Shown here in pieces: positions 1 to 8,271 of a stretch of DNA of 64,000 nucleotides; position 1 is the first letter of the stretch, and each line of letters starts with the position of its first letter. The stretch comes from Candidatus Woesearchaeota archaeon B3_Woes. Lineage in GTDB: Archaea > Nanobdellota > Nanobdellia > Woesearchaeales > B3-WOES. A program made the position numbers and the translations under genes. The notes under the pieces were generated by a model. The model saw only the letters and a program-made list of their open reading frames with translations. It had not been told where the DNA came from and searched no databases. The stretch covers positions 270,323 through 334,322 of the forward strand of contig NJBG01000001.1 in the NCBI GenBank assembly GCA_005222965.1, read 5' to 3'.

Positions 1-666
1 CTTTTTATGCACAGAAAAAACTCTAACCTGATTAACAAGGTGAATCTGATTAGTCAAAGCTGGGTCCAAAGCAACATTTTTTTCTTTTAGTTTTGCAATT
101 AAATTACCTAATCCAATACCAGGGCTTTTCTCTAAAATGTCTTGGCCAGTAACATCATAATACTTTCTATGTAAAGCAGCCTCTAAAACCCTTCCGCATA
201 ATATAACAGAACTTCTATAGCATTCATTTTTATAACATTTTTCTAATTCTTTCAAATCCAAAACAACATCCGATCTAATATCAGATGGAATATTCTTTGG
301 AATCTTAATAAAAGATTCTTTCCTTTCAGAAGGAAAAGTTATATATTTTATCAACAAATCAATCTTTTTAATAAATTTCTGTAATTCCTCAATATTTGTT
401 GTATCTAATTGAGGCAGAATTTCCATAAGGTGATTAAGTTTTTCCTGTCCAACAGCACTATCCTGTACAATAGTCTGTAATTGTAATGGGGCATTTTTTA
501 CCTTCTTTATGGCCTTTTGTAATGCTTGTTGATAGTATTTTCTTTGATTTAAATCATAATCCAACATTGCCTTATTAGGGTCTATATGTTTGTCTAACTG
601 AACATTATGTTTAACAGCAGTTTCTAATGCGAATTTTAATTGTTGAAAATCTTTTTTGAAACTCAT
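1..666 (-). CDS. DUF4145/HEPN-like domain protein, 3' end runs off the window
   Basis: Not in ORF track; manual translation from ATG at 666: MSFKKDFQQLKF...ELEKCYKNECYRSSVILCGRVLEAAL...GLGNLIAKLKE...NQVRVFSVH. The pattern is typical of DUF4145, with an RxxxxH motif. Confidence 0.75.
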   Translation of the reverse strand, partial: MSFKKDFQQLKFALETAVKHNVQLDKHIDPNKAMLDYDLNQRKYYQQALQKAIKKVKNAPLQLQTIVQDSAVGQEKLNHLMEILPQLDTTNIEELQKFIKKIDLLIKYITFPSERKESFIKIPKNIPSDIRSDVVLDLKELEKCYKNECYRSSVILCGRVLEAALHRKYYDVTGQDILEKSPGIGLGNLIAKLKEKNVALDPALTNQIHLVNQVRVFSVHKK

Positions 667-746
667 TTTAATACCTCAAGATTTCAACCTTGAAAACTTT
701 AATTTTCATTGGTTGAAAATCTTTTTTAAATCCCATATTTATACCT
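642..746. repeat. Imperfect tandem duplication (70-bp period) of the gene start and RBS region
   Basis: gttgaaaatctttttt...cat...atacct occurs at 642-676 and again at 712-746. Confidence 0.85.
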
Positions 747-778
747 TAAAATTCAAAACTTTTATAGTTTTCTATCAA

Positions 779-1969
779 TTAAGCTAAAAAATACTTTAAT
801 TTTCTTTGTGTTTTCAATTTATTCAATATAACACTATTAGATAAAACCTTGTCTAAATCAAATCTAAAATTTTTTTGGACCATTGTCCGCGCATAATCAA
901 TCATCTCTTCTTTAGATGAAAATATTATAGGTTTATTTTGCATGGCCTTTCTCGTTGCTTCTCTAACAACCCATACACCTAAAGGAGCATAATACTCATT
1001 TGTTATAAATCTTAAACATAATACAGTTGATTTTCTTTTTATATTCTTTAATTTCTTTAAAATAGGCAACCTAGAAGCGTAATAACCACCAGCAGTTTCT
1101 CCAGCATAAGATTTTCTGCCATAAACATCTTCATAATCCGTTGCATAAAATTTCTTGTGTTTGCTCCAGGGATTTATTTGTAAAGGAACTCCCATCTCAA
1201 ATAACTCAAAATTCCAAACATCTGGAAACATCAAAACCAGATAATAATTTCCTAAATACCCTCCAAAAAAAACCATATAATCTGTTTCAGAATAATACTT
1301 AATCTCATTAATAATTCTTTTACTTAACATATCATCAGTAGCTGTAATGCTCCACTTTGTTGGAACAAGCTTTCTATTATTCTTAATCCCTATATTTCCA
1401 ATAGATAGTAATTTACTTAAAAAATTCTCATCAAATCCTTTATCATATAAATAATTTAAAGCTCCTTCTGCTTTCAAATCATAATCATCAACAACTTTTT
1501 CAACTTTAGAACTAACAAAAGAGTTAGATGTTATTTTTGCCTGTTTAAGCTGTGCTTTAGGACCAGTGGGTGTCATAATTCTATCAGTATAAAGGCCAAA
1601 AACAGGTTTATCCTTAAGATGAATTTCAACATCAACTGGTTTAGAAGCCATACCTACTTCCTGTGCAATTTCTAAAAATTTTGTAGAGTTTTTTACATGA
1701 GTTTTGAATCTAGAATTTATTAACGCGCTTCTATAATCTACAATATCAGGAATCTTAAATTGATTATCAGCCCAGTATCTCGGTGCATCATAAATCCACG
1801 CCTTTTCTTTAACTTCAACAGGGCTCAATAAGCCAACATTAAGATTAGGATATCCTACATGTCCAACAAAAGGAGCAGGAGAACTTCCCTCAAAATCTCT
1901 TTTAGTAAGCTTAGGCTTTACTCTAAACATAGCTTCCTGTGCAATATTACGAGAGAATTTTACATTCAT
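779..1969 (-). CDS. nreA: Archaeal DNA repair protein Nre family (PCNA-interacting)
   Basis: GSSPAPFVG..GYP, RKLVPTKWSITATDD, GGYYASRL, PLGVWVVRE; C-terminal PIP box QRKLKYF. Confidence 0.88.
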   Translation of the reverse strand: MNVKFSRNIAQEAMFRVKPKLTKRDFEGSSPAPFVGHVGYPNLNVGLLSPVEVKEKAWIYDAPRYWADNQFKIPDIVDYRSALINSRFKTHVKNSTKFLEIAQEVGMASKPVDVEIHLKDKPVFGLYTDRIMTPTGPKAQLKQAKITSNSFVSSKVEKVVDDYDLKAEGALNYLYDKGFDENFLSKLLSIGNIGIKNNRKLVPTKWSITATDDMLSKRIINEIKYYSETDYMVFFGGYLGNYYLVLMFPDVWNFELFEMGVPLQINPWSKHKKFYATDYEDVYGRKSYAGETAGGYYASRLPILKKLKNIKRKSTVLCLRFITNEYYAPLGVWVVREATRKAMQNKPIIFSSKEEMIDYARTMVQKNFRFDLDKVLSNSVILNKLKTQRKLKYFLA

Positions 1970-2075
1970 GTTAAGAGTATGTTTTCCTCATATTTAAATC
2001 TGCTTCCTGTCCATGGCAAATGGATAATGAAAGCATAAACAAAGATTTAAATATATATTCTAACAATTGAAAAAT

Positions 2076-3104
2076 ATGCTGACAGAAGAACAAGTAAAGG
2101 ACTTAAGAGGAGAATTAGATAATTGTAAAAAGCCCTTAATTTTCTTTCATGATGACCCAGATGGTTTTTGTTCATTTCTGTTATTCTATAAATATATAGG
2201 GGATGGACGTGGAATTACTCTAAAAACTTCAGCTGAAATGGGTCCTGGATTTGCAAGAAAAGTAGAGGAATACCAACCAGATAAAGTATTTATCCTAGAT
2301 AAACCTTCTGTAAGCCAAGAGTTCCTTGATAAAGTTAAACAGCCAGTTATATGGGTTGATCATCATCCTGCAATAAAACGTCATAAAGTAAAATATTTTA
2401 ATCCAAGAGTAAATAATCCTGATATAAATTTGCCTGCCTCTTATTTGTGTTATCAAGCCACACAACAAAATAAATGGATTTCAATGGTTGGTTGTACAGG
2501 AGACTGGGTTATTCCGCCTTTTATAGATGAAATAAAAAAAGAATATCCTGACTTAATAGATAAAAACATCAAAAAACCAGAAGACGCATTATTTAACTCA
2601 AAATTTGGAAAACTGGCAAGAATATTCTCATTCTGTCTAAAAGGAAAAATGGATGATGTTATAAAATGCATAAAAATAATGACAAGAATTAAAACACCAT
2701 ATGAGATTCTTAACCAAGAAACAGCTCAAGCAAAATTTATCTATAAAAGATACAGCTCTATTGAAAGAGAATATCAGGATACCTTAAAAAAAGCAATTAA
2801 ACAAAAAACAGAAGATGAAATCTTATTTTATTTATATGAACAAAATAAGATGAGTTTAAATCAAGATTTAAGCAATGAATTATTATATAAATTCCCAGAT
2901 AAAGTGATAATTGTAGGTAGAGAGAGGAATGGTGAAGCAAAATTGAGCTTAAGAGCGAATAATTACAATCTTCCACAAATACTCAAAAAGGCGCTTGAGG
3001 GTTGTGAAGGTTATGGAGGAGGTCATGAACACGCTTCAGGAGCGAACATAAAAGTAAAAGATTTTGACAAATTTATGCAGCAATTTAAACAACAGATTAA
3101 GTAA
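2076..3104 (+). CDS. DHH/DHHA1 family phosphoesterase
   Basis: HDDPDG, ILDK, VDHH and GGGH motifs. ATG at 2076 is preferred over the TTG at 2067. Confidence 0.88.
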   Translation: MLTEEQVKDLRGELDNCKKPLIFFHDDPDGFCSFLLFYKYIGDGRGITLKTSAEMGPGFARKVEEYQPDKVFILDKPSVSQEFLDKVKQPVIWVDHHPAIKRHKVKYFNPRVNNPDINLPASYLCYQATQQNKWISMVGCTGDWVIPPFIDEIKKEYPDLIDKNIKKPEDALFNSKFGKLARIFSFCLKGKMDDVIKCIKIMTRIKTPYEILNQETAQAKFIYKRYSSIEREYQDTLKKAIKQKTEDEILFYLYEQNKMSLNQDLSNELLYKFPDKVIIVGRERNGEAKLSLRANNYNLPQILKKALEGCEGYGGGHEHASGANIKVKDFDKFMQQFKQQIK

Positions 3105-3138
3105 ACTTTATAAAGAACTTTTTTCTCCTTTCTCATAC

Positions 3139-3210
3139 GCGGTGATAGTCTAACGGCTAGGATAGAGGCCTTCCAAGCCTTTGATCCGGGTTCAAATCCC
3201 GGTCGCCGCA
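3139..3210 (+). tRNA. tRNA-Gly(UCC), no encoded CCA
   Basis: GCGGTGA/TCGCCGC acceptor stem; anticodon arm GAGGC-CT-TCC-AA-GCCTT; T-loop TTCAAAT; TATA-like tttataaa upstream. Confidence 0.95.
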
Positions 3211-3222
3211 TTCTAACAAGAA

Positions 3223-4374
3223 CTAGCTATTTGAAACACATTCTTCTCTAATATTGGTATCACTTATATATTCACAATAATCATTATTAGAGTTGATTAC
3301 AGCCATACATAAATTATAATAATCAGTTTTTAAACCACCACATACTGCACCACTATAACTTCTACCCCCTAATGAAACATAAACATCTTTAAAACAATCT
3401 ACAGTTTTATATTTAACAAAACCAGATTTAGTACAAAGTTCATAATCTCCTTTAGTAACAGCAACATTTCGATAACAATCATCAGGTTCATCATCTGCTT
3501 GATCACTTATTTTCTCGCATATTTTCTCATTTTTTAGAGATATTGCAACTGTTTTAACACACCTATCTATCAAAGTGGTGGTATATGTCATAAGTCTTTC
3601 TTTTGTTTCATTAATCTCATCACAAACTTCATAATCTTCATATTTAATTGCAGCATCTGTTAAACAAATCTCTATTATATCAAGATGTTCTTCTTTACAA
3701 TCTGCTACTGCTTCATCTTTTGTCATATCACAATCAACAGAACAAGCACTATAATTCTCTCCTTCTTCACAAACACCATTTCCACAACAAGGATTTATTG
3801 GTTTCTTACTACAATTTCCCAAAGAAAAATCATAATAATCTTCTGTACATTTATCATTATCATCACAAGTCGGACAATCTTTAGAAGGATATTCTCCTTT
3901 CTCACAAATACCATTGCCTAAACAATTAATTATTTTTATATTTTTACATAAAGAAGTGCTAAAATCATAAATATCTTCAGTACATGCATCATTATCATCA
4001 CAGTTTGGACAATCTCCAGAAGGGTATTCTCCTTCTTCGCATCTTCCGTCACCTAGGCAAGTTACTCTTGTATATTTACAAGAAGGTATACTATAATCAT
4101 AATCATCTCTAGTGCATGAATTATTATCATCACAGTTTGGACAGTCTTCGGAAGGATATTCTCCCTCTTCGCATTTTCCATCACCTATACAAGGCACTAT
4201 TAGTAGATTTATGCACTTAAATTTTGTTTCATCTGCACAAAAATCATCAGTACATTCATCATTATCATCACACGATTTAGGACACTCACGTGAACAACCA
4301 ATTAAAATAAGAAGTATTAAAATAAATATTACAAAAATTATTTTTTGTATACTAAAATATTTCATTAAATTCAT
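3223..4374 (-). CDS. Cysteine-rich repeat secreted lipoprotein
   Basis: Signal peptide ending LILIGC; about four CDDNxxCTxD...CxGxGxCEEGEYPSxDCPxC repeats; C-terminal helical Cys repeats. The start may be 4365. Confidence 0.75.
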   Translation of the reverse strand: MNLMKYFSIQKIIFVIFILILLILIGCSRECPKSCDDNDECTDDFCADETKFKCINLLIVPCIGDGKCEEGEYPSEDCPNCDDNNSCTRDDYDYSIPSCKYTRVTCLGDGRCEEGEYPSGDCPNCDDNDACTEDIYDFSTSLCKNIKIINCLGNGICEKGEYPSKDCPTCDDNDKCTEDYYDFSLGNCSKKPINPCCGNGVCEEGENYSACSVDCDMTKDEAVADCKEEHLDIIEICLTDAAIKYEDYEVCDEINETKERLMTYTTTLIDRCVKTVAISLKNEKICEKISDQADDEPDDCYRNVAVTKGDYELCTKSGFVKYKTVDCFKDVYVSLGGRSYSGAVCGGLKTDYYNLCMAVINSNNDYCEYISDTNIREECVSNS

Positions 4375-4445
4375 TCTATAGTTTAAACTATAAAAATATT
4401 TGTTTTTTAGTAAATTTTATAATAGATAAAAATTTTAAAATTAAT

Positions 4446-5564
4446 ATGACAATCAAACAAAAATTATTAATTGTAACAGATTCTTTTTTACCAAGATGGG
4501 ATGGAATATCTAGGTTTTTATCATATATAATCCCAGTTTTTGTAAATAAATTTGAAGTAACAATTTTATGTCCTAAATATCCTGGAGATTTAAAGTTTAG
4601 TGACAAATTAAGAGTAATAAGATTGCCTATTAAAAAACCAAAACAAGAAGAATACAGTAAAGTTGATCTAAAACCAATTACTAAGATAATAAATGATTCT
4701 GATATAATTTTTGTACATTCTTTAGGACCAATAGGTGAAACTTCTATAAATATAGCAAAAAAAATAAAAAAACCTTTAATCATGCATATCCACAATCTTT
4801 ACTGGGAAACTCTCTCTAAAAATAGAACACTGGAACCTTTCATAAAAAGCCTAATTTTGTTAAAATCTAAAAATCTCTATAAAAAATGTTCTTTGCTTAT
4901 TGTTCCTTCAATACATACAGCAAAAATTCTGGAAAAACAAGGAATAAAAGTGTCTAAAGTCGTTGTTAAGTATGGTGTTGATACAGAAAAATTTATTCCA
5001 ACAAAAGACAAACAAAACTCAAAAGAAAAAGTTGGTATTGAAAAAAGTAAAAAAGTGATAGGGTTTGTTGGAAGATTAAGTAAAGAAAAAGATTTGATGA
5101 CACTCTATGAAGCTTTTAAAAAATTAGAAACAAGACACAATAACTTGTTTTTATTAATTGTTGGAAAAGGAAACGAAAAATTGGAAAAATTGTTCAAAAA
5201 AGAAGAAAATATAAGATTAATAAAATCCACAAACAATATTGTTCCTTATTTACAAGCAATGGATATATTTGTAATGCCATCTCTAGCAGAAACATCATCT
5301 CTTGCAACAATAGAAGCAATGTCTTGTGCGTTGCCTGTTATAACAATAAAAACAGGGGACCTAAAAAAATACATAAAAGACAAAGAAAATGGTGTTTTTT
5401 TCTCAAAAAAGAATAGTCTATTGTTAAGTTTGAAAATAGAATGGCTTCTGAAAGAAGAATATGTTCGAAAAGTAATTGGTCTAAACGCTAGGGAAACAGT
5501 TCAAAGGATATTTAAACTTGATAAAACACAGAAAAAAATAAAAAGAATTCTAGAGAGTTTTTAA
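4446..5564 (+). CDS. Glycosyltransferase family 4 (GT-B)
   Basis: TDSFLPRWDG, GVD, FVGRLSKEK, DIFVMPS..E......EAMS motifs. Confidence 0.92.
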   Translation: MTIKQKLLIVTDSFLPRWDGISRFLSYIIPVFVNKFEVTILCPKYPGDLKFSDKLRVIRLPIKKPKQEEYSKVDLKPITKIINDSDIIFVHSLGPIGETSINIAKKIKKPLIMHIHNLYWETLSKNRTLEPFIKSLILLKSKNLYKKCSLLIVPSIHTAKILEKQGIKVSKVVVKYGVDTEKFIPTKDKQNSKEKVGIEKSKKVIGFVGRLSKEKDLMTLYEAFKKLETRHNNLFLLIVGKGNEKLEKLFKKEENIRLIKSTNNIVPYLQAMDIFVMPSLAETSSLATIEAMSCALPVITIKTGDLKKYIKDKENGVFFSKKNSLLLSLKIEWLLKEEYVRKVIGLNARETVQRIFKLDKTQKKIKRILESF

Positions 5565-5607
5565 ATTCAAAACATTTTTATATTAACAATTATTCTAGAT
5601 AAACACA

Positions 5608-5949
5608 ATGATACCTGGAATGAACCAGAGAAAAATGCAGCAGATGATGCGAAAGATGGGTATGCAGCAAACAGAAATAGAAGCAAAAGAAGTTGTTATA
5701 AGATGTCAGGATAAAGAAATTGTAATTGAAAATCCTCAGGTTTCTAAAGTTAATATGATGGGACAGGAAACATTTCAAATAGTAGGAACTCCTGTAGAAA
5801 AAGAATTAACTAAAGAACCAGAAATAAATCAAGACGATATAAAAACAGTAATGGACCAAGCAAACTGTGATGAAGAAACAGCAAAAAAAGCCATTCAAGA
5901 AAATAAAGGGGATTTGGCTGCTTCCATAATATCATTAAAAAAAGAATAA
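5608..5949 (+). CDS. nac: Nascent polypeptide-associated complex protein
   Basis: MQQMMRKMGM, IENPQV, GQETFQI; C-terminal UBA-like segment GDLAASI. Confidence 0.95.
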   Translation: MIPGMNQRKMQQMMRKMGMQQTEIEAKEVVIRCQDKEIVIENPQVSKVNMMGQETFQIVGTPVEKELTKEPEINQDDIKTVMDQANCDEETAKKAIQENKGDLAASIISLKKE

Positions 5950-5996
5950 TTTTTTTTAATGAAAAATTATTTAAACTTCTATATGATTCTTATCAT

Positions 5997-6482
5997 ATGG
6001 AAAAGTTTCAGGAACTAAGAGAGAATTCTAAAAAAAAGATATTACTAGCAGATCATATTCTAACCCAAACATACCCCCTATTAAAAGATCCAAAACTTCT
6101 TTTATCTGTAGTTGAAAACCTTTTTTTAGCATATACTAATTCAATAGGGGCATTATTACACTATGATAGATTGTTTAAAAGAATCCCTCAATTCCAGGAT
6201 AATTTTGACAGTAAGTTTAAAATGTTCAAAGAAAAATGTGCTGTAAGACATAACATAAAACAAGAAGATATAAATACAATAAAAGAAATTAAACAGATTA
6301 TTGTCCAACATAGAAAAAGTCCAATGGAATTTGCAAGAGAAGATAGGTTGGTTATATGTTCGGATAAATATAGTATGAAAACAATAAAAGTAGATGGATT
6401 AAAAAAAATGATGATAAATGCAAAAGAATTTGTAGATAAAATAAATAATATTACTAGCAAAAATGAGGAAATATTCAGATGA
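5997..6482 (+). CDS. Conserved hypothetical helical protein
   Basis: Clean ORF with TATA upstream; overlaps the next gene by ATGA. Confidence 0.7.
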   Translation: MEKFQELRENSKKKILLADHILTQTYPLLKDPKLLLSVVENLFLAYTNSIGALLHYDRLFKRIPQFQDNFDSKFKMFKEKCAVRHNIKQEDINTIKEIKQIIVQHRKSPMEFAREDRLVICSDKYSMKTIKVDGLKKMMINAKEFVDKINNITSKNEEIFR

Positions 6483-6943
6483 AAGAAGCAATAGAAAAGG
6501 CGAAAGAAGAATTAAAAAGAGTTGACCATTTGTTTTATGTTAGTCTAAAATATACAAAAACAGTTGATGTAATTAAAAGTGTTATTGTGCGTTTAATTAA
6601 TGTCTTTGAATTTTCAATAGATTCTTTGCTTTTGTATATGCAAAACAAGAAAAAAATAAAAGAGATACCTACTAATCCAATAACCAAAAGCATAGAAGTA
6701 AGAAAATTGTTTGAAGATGATGCTCAACTTCTTGAAGATATTGATCTTTATCTTTTGTTAAGGAGAATAAACAGAGCAGAATATACAAGTGCAAGAGAAT
6801 TCAGAAAGCACGTTACAATGACTGCTACAGTAGATGGTAAAAAGATGGATATAACCATAGAAACAATTCAAGAATATTTTGAAAGAGCTAAAAGTTTTGT
6901 TGAAAGAACAAACAAATTAATTCACAACATAAAAGATGAATGA
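6479..6943 (+). CDS. Conserved hypothetical helical protein, probable distant paralog of the preceding gene
   Basis: Similar length; N-terminal DH-containing helix and EF-R segment resemble the preceding protein. Confidence 0.65.
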   Translation: MKEAIEKAKEELKRVDHLFYVSLKYTKTVDVIKSVIVRLINVFEFSIDSLLLYMQNKKKIKEIPTNPITKSIEVRKLFEDDAQLLEDIDLYLLLRRINRAEYTSAREFRKHVTMTATVDGKKMDITIETIQEYFERAKSFVERTNKLIHNIKDE

Positions 6944-7439
6944 TTTAAAAAAGAGGCTCAAGAAAAAAGGTTGGACCAACAACGACATAAACAAAGCAGT
7001 TGCAATTATTAAACACGGGAAAAATAAAAGATCAAAAAAAATTCTTTTTCTTGATTCTATAACCTATTGGATGATATGGTTTGTTGCTTTAATAGGCAAT
7101 TTTGTAATTTCAATAATATTCATACCTTTTCTTTTGATTATGCAAGGATTTAAACTCTATGTTATAATATTAGCTGTTGGTCTTGCGTTTGGTGCTTTTT
7201 TTAATCTTTTAATAAGGGAAATTGAGAATAAAGATATAATTATTGAAGGTATCTTTTTATTGGTATTAACAGTCATAAATATCATTCTAATAGTCAAATT
7301 TTCTAATTATTTGCAGCAAAACATAGGATTAAATAATGTTCAACATAATCCTTTGTTTGTTGGAATTGTCTATTTGTTTGCTTTTCTTCTACCATCTGCT
7401 ATAAAAAGTTTAATGATATATAAAGAAGAAAATAAGTAA
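6936..7439 (+). CDS. Hypothetical membrane protein (~4 TM) with N-terminal KKGW helical motif
   Basis: Four hydrophobic segments; LKKRLKKKGWTNNDINKA. Confidence 0.7.
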   Translation: MNDLKKRLKKKGWTNNDINKAVAIIKHGKNKRSKKILFLDSITYWMIWFVALIGNFVISIIFIPFLLIMQGFKLYVIILAVGLAFGAFFNLLIREIENKDIIIEGIFLLVLTVINIILIVKFSNYLQQNIGLNNVQHNPLFVGIVYLFAFLLPSAIKSLMIYKEENK

Positions 7440-7494
7440 TTCTACTCTAATATGTAAAAACATTTATAAATTACTAACTTTCTCTTTACGCTAT

Positions 7495-7624
7495 GGCCCC
7501 GTAGCCTAGCCTGGATAAGGCGACAGAAAATAATTAAATTTATTTTTCGCTAGAGCCTTCTAAGCTTTTGCTAAGAAGAAGCCAGGAAAGCTGTAGACCG
7601 AGGGTTCAAATCCCTCCGGGGCCA
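7495..7624 (+). tRNA. tRNA-Arg(UCU) with two introns (28/29: 7525-7553; 37/38: 7563-7588)
   Basis: GGCCCCG/CGGGGCC acceptor stem. Removing both segments restores ACAGC-CT-TCT-AA-GCTGT, and both junctions fit relaxed BHB motifs. Confidence 0.88.
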
Positions 7625-7635
7625 TTTTATTAATC

Positions 7636-7706
7636 GGGAGTATGGCCAAGTAGTAAGGCAAGCGGCTGCAACCCGCTGATCGAGGGTGCAAATCCCTCTA
7701 CTCCCT
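7636..7706 (+). tRNA. tRNA-Cys(GCA)
   Basis: GGGAGTA/TACTCCC acceptor stem; AGCGG-CT-GCA-AC-CCGCT; U73 discriminator; T-loop TGCAAAT. Confidence 0.92.
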
Positions 7707-7849
7707 TATTTTTCCTAAAGTGGACTTATTATTTAAATTTGAGAAAAATCAATAAAATTGCAATTTTATTAAAAAAATTTAAATTAATGAATTATAAATC
7801 TTATGAATTCTAAATATATATTTCTTACTATATTCTACAAAATACAAAG

Positions 7850-7976
7850 CTTTATATACTATTTTATCTGAATATCAGATAAAATAGTTGAAAGTTCAAA
7901 TAAAGAGCTAAAATTCATACAAAAACAAGGATATTCCATATATTATACATTCAGATGTTTTATCTGAATATCAGAA
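7850..7976 (+). promoter_or_regulatory. TATA box plus two copies of a palindromic operator
   Basis: ctttatatact is followed directly by the perfect inverted repeat attttatctga-ata-tcagataaaat (7861-7885). The 18-mer ttttatctgaatatcaga recurs at 7958-7975, just before the ATG. Confidence 0.8.
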
Positions 7977-7980
7977 TAAC

Positions 7981-8271
7981 ATGAAAAAGTATCCAAAAAT
8001 CGTACAATGTGATAAGAGGGGTCAGATAGTAATACCCAAAGATATAAGGAGGGACCTAAAAATTGATGAAGGTACAGGTTTTTGGATGTATTCTGTCACA
8101 AACGAAGGAATTCTTCTCAAAAAAATTGATATTCTGCCATTAGACGAAAATGAAGAGATGTTAGATGAAATCGAATCAAAATCAGACAAACTAAAAATCA
8201 AAAAATCAAATGTTTCAAACTCAGTTAAAAAATACAAAAAAACAAAAGATGGAAATTTAGAAGTAATATGA
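7981..8271 (+). CDS. AbrB/MazE/SpoVT-family DNA-binding protein
   Basis: DKRGQIVIPKDIRRDLKIDEG...GILLKK. Confidence 0.9.
   Translation: MKKYPKIVQCDKRGQIVIPKDIRRDLKIDEGTGFWMYSVTNEGILLKKIDILPLDENEEMLDEIESKSDKLKIKKSNVSNSVKKYKKTKDGNLEVI

Noticed and set aside
3023..3211. 62-aa minus-strand ORF (MRRPGFEPG...)
   Set aside because: It is the antisense shadow of tRNA-Gly.
3780..4275. Regularly spaced tcattatcatcaca repeats resembling a CRISPR array
   Set aside because: They are in-frame coding repeats (CDDND) with ~132-135 bp period and related intervening sequence; no cas genes.
7981..8271. AbrB gene as the antitoxin of a type II TA pair
   Set aside because: No PIN/MazF/RelE-like toxin ORF is adjacent at either AbrB locus.
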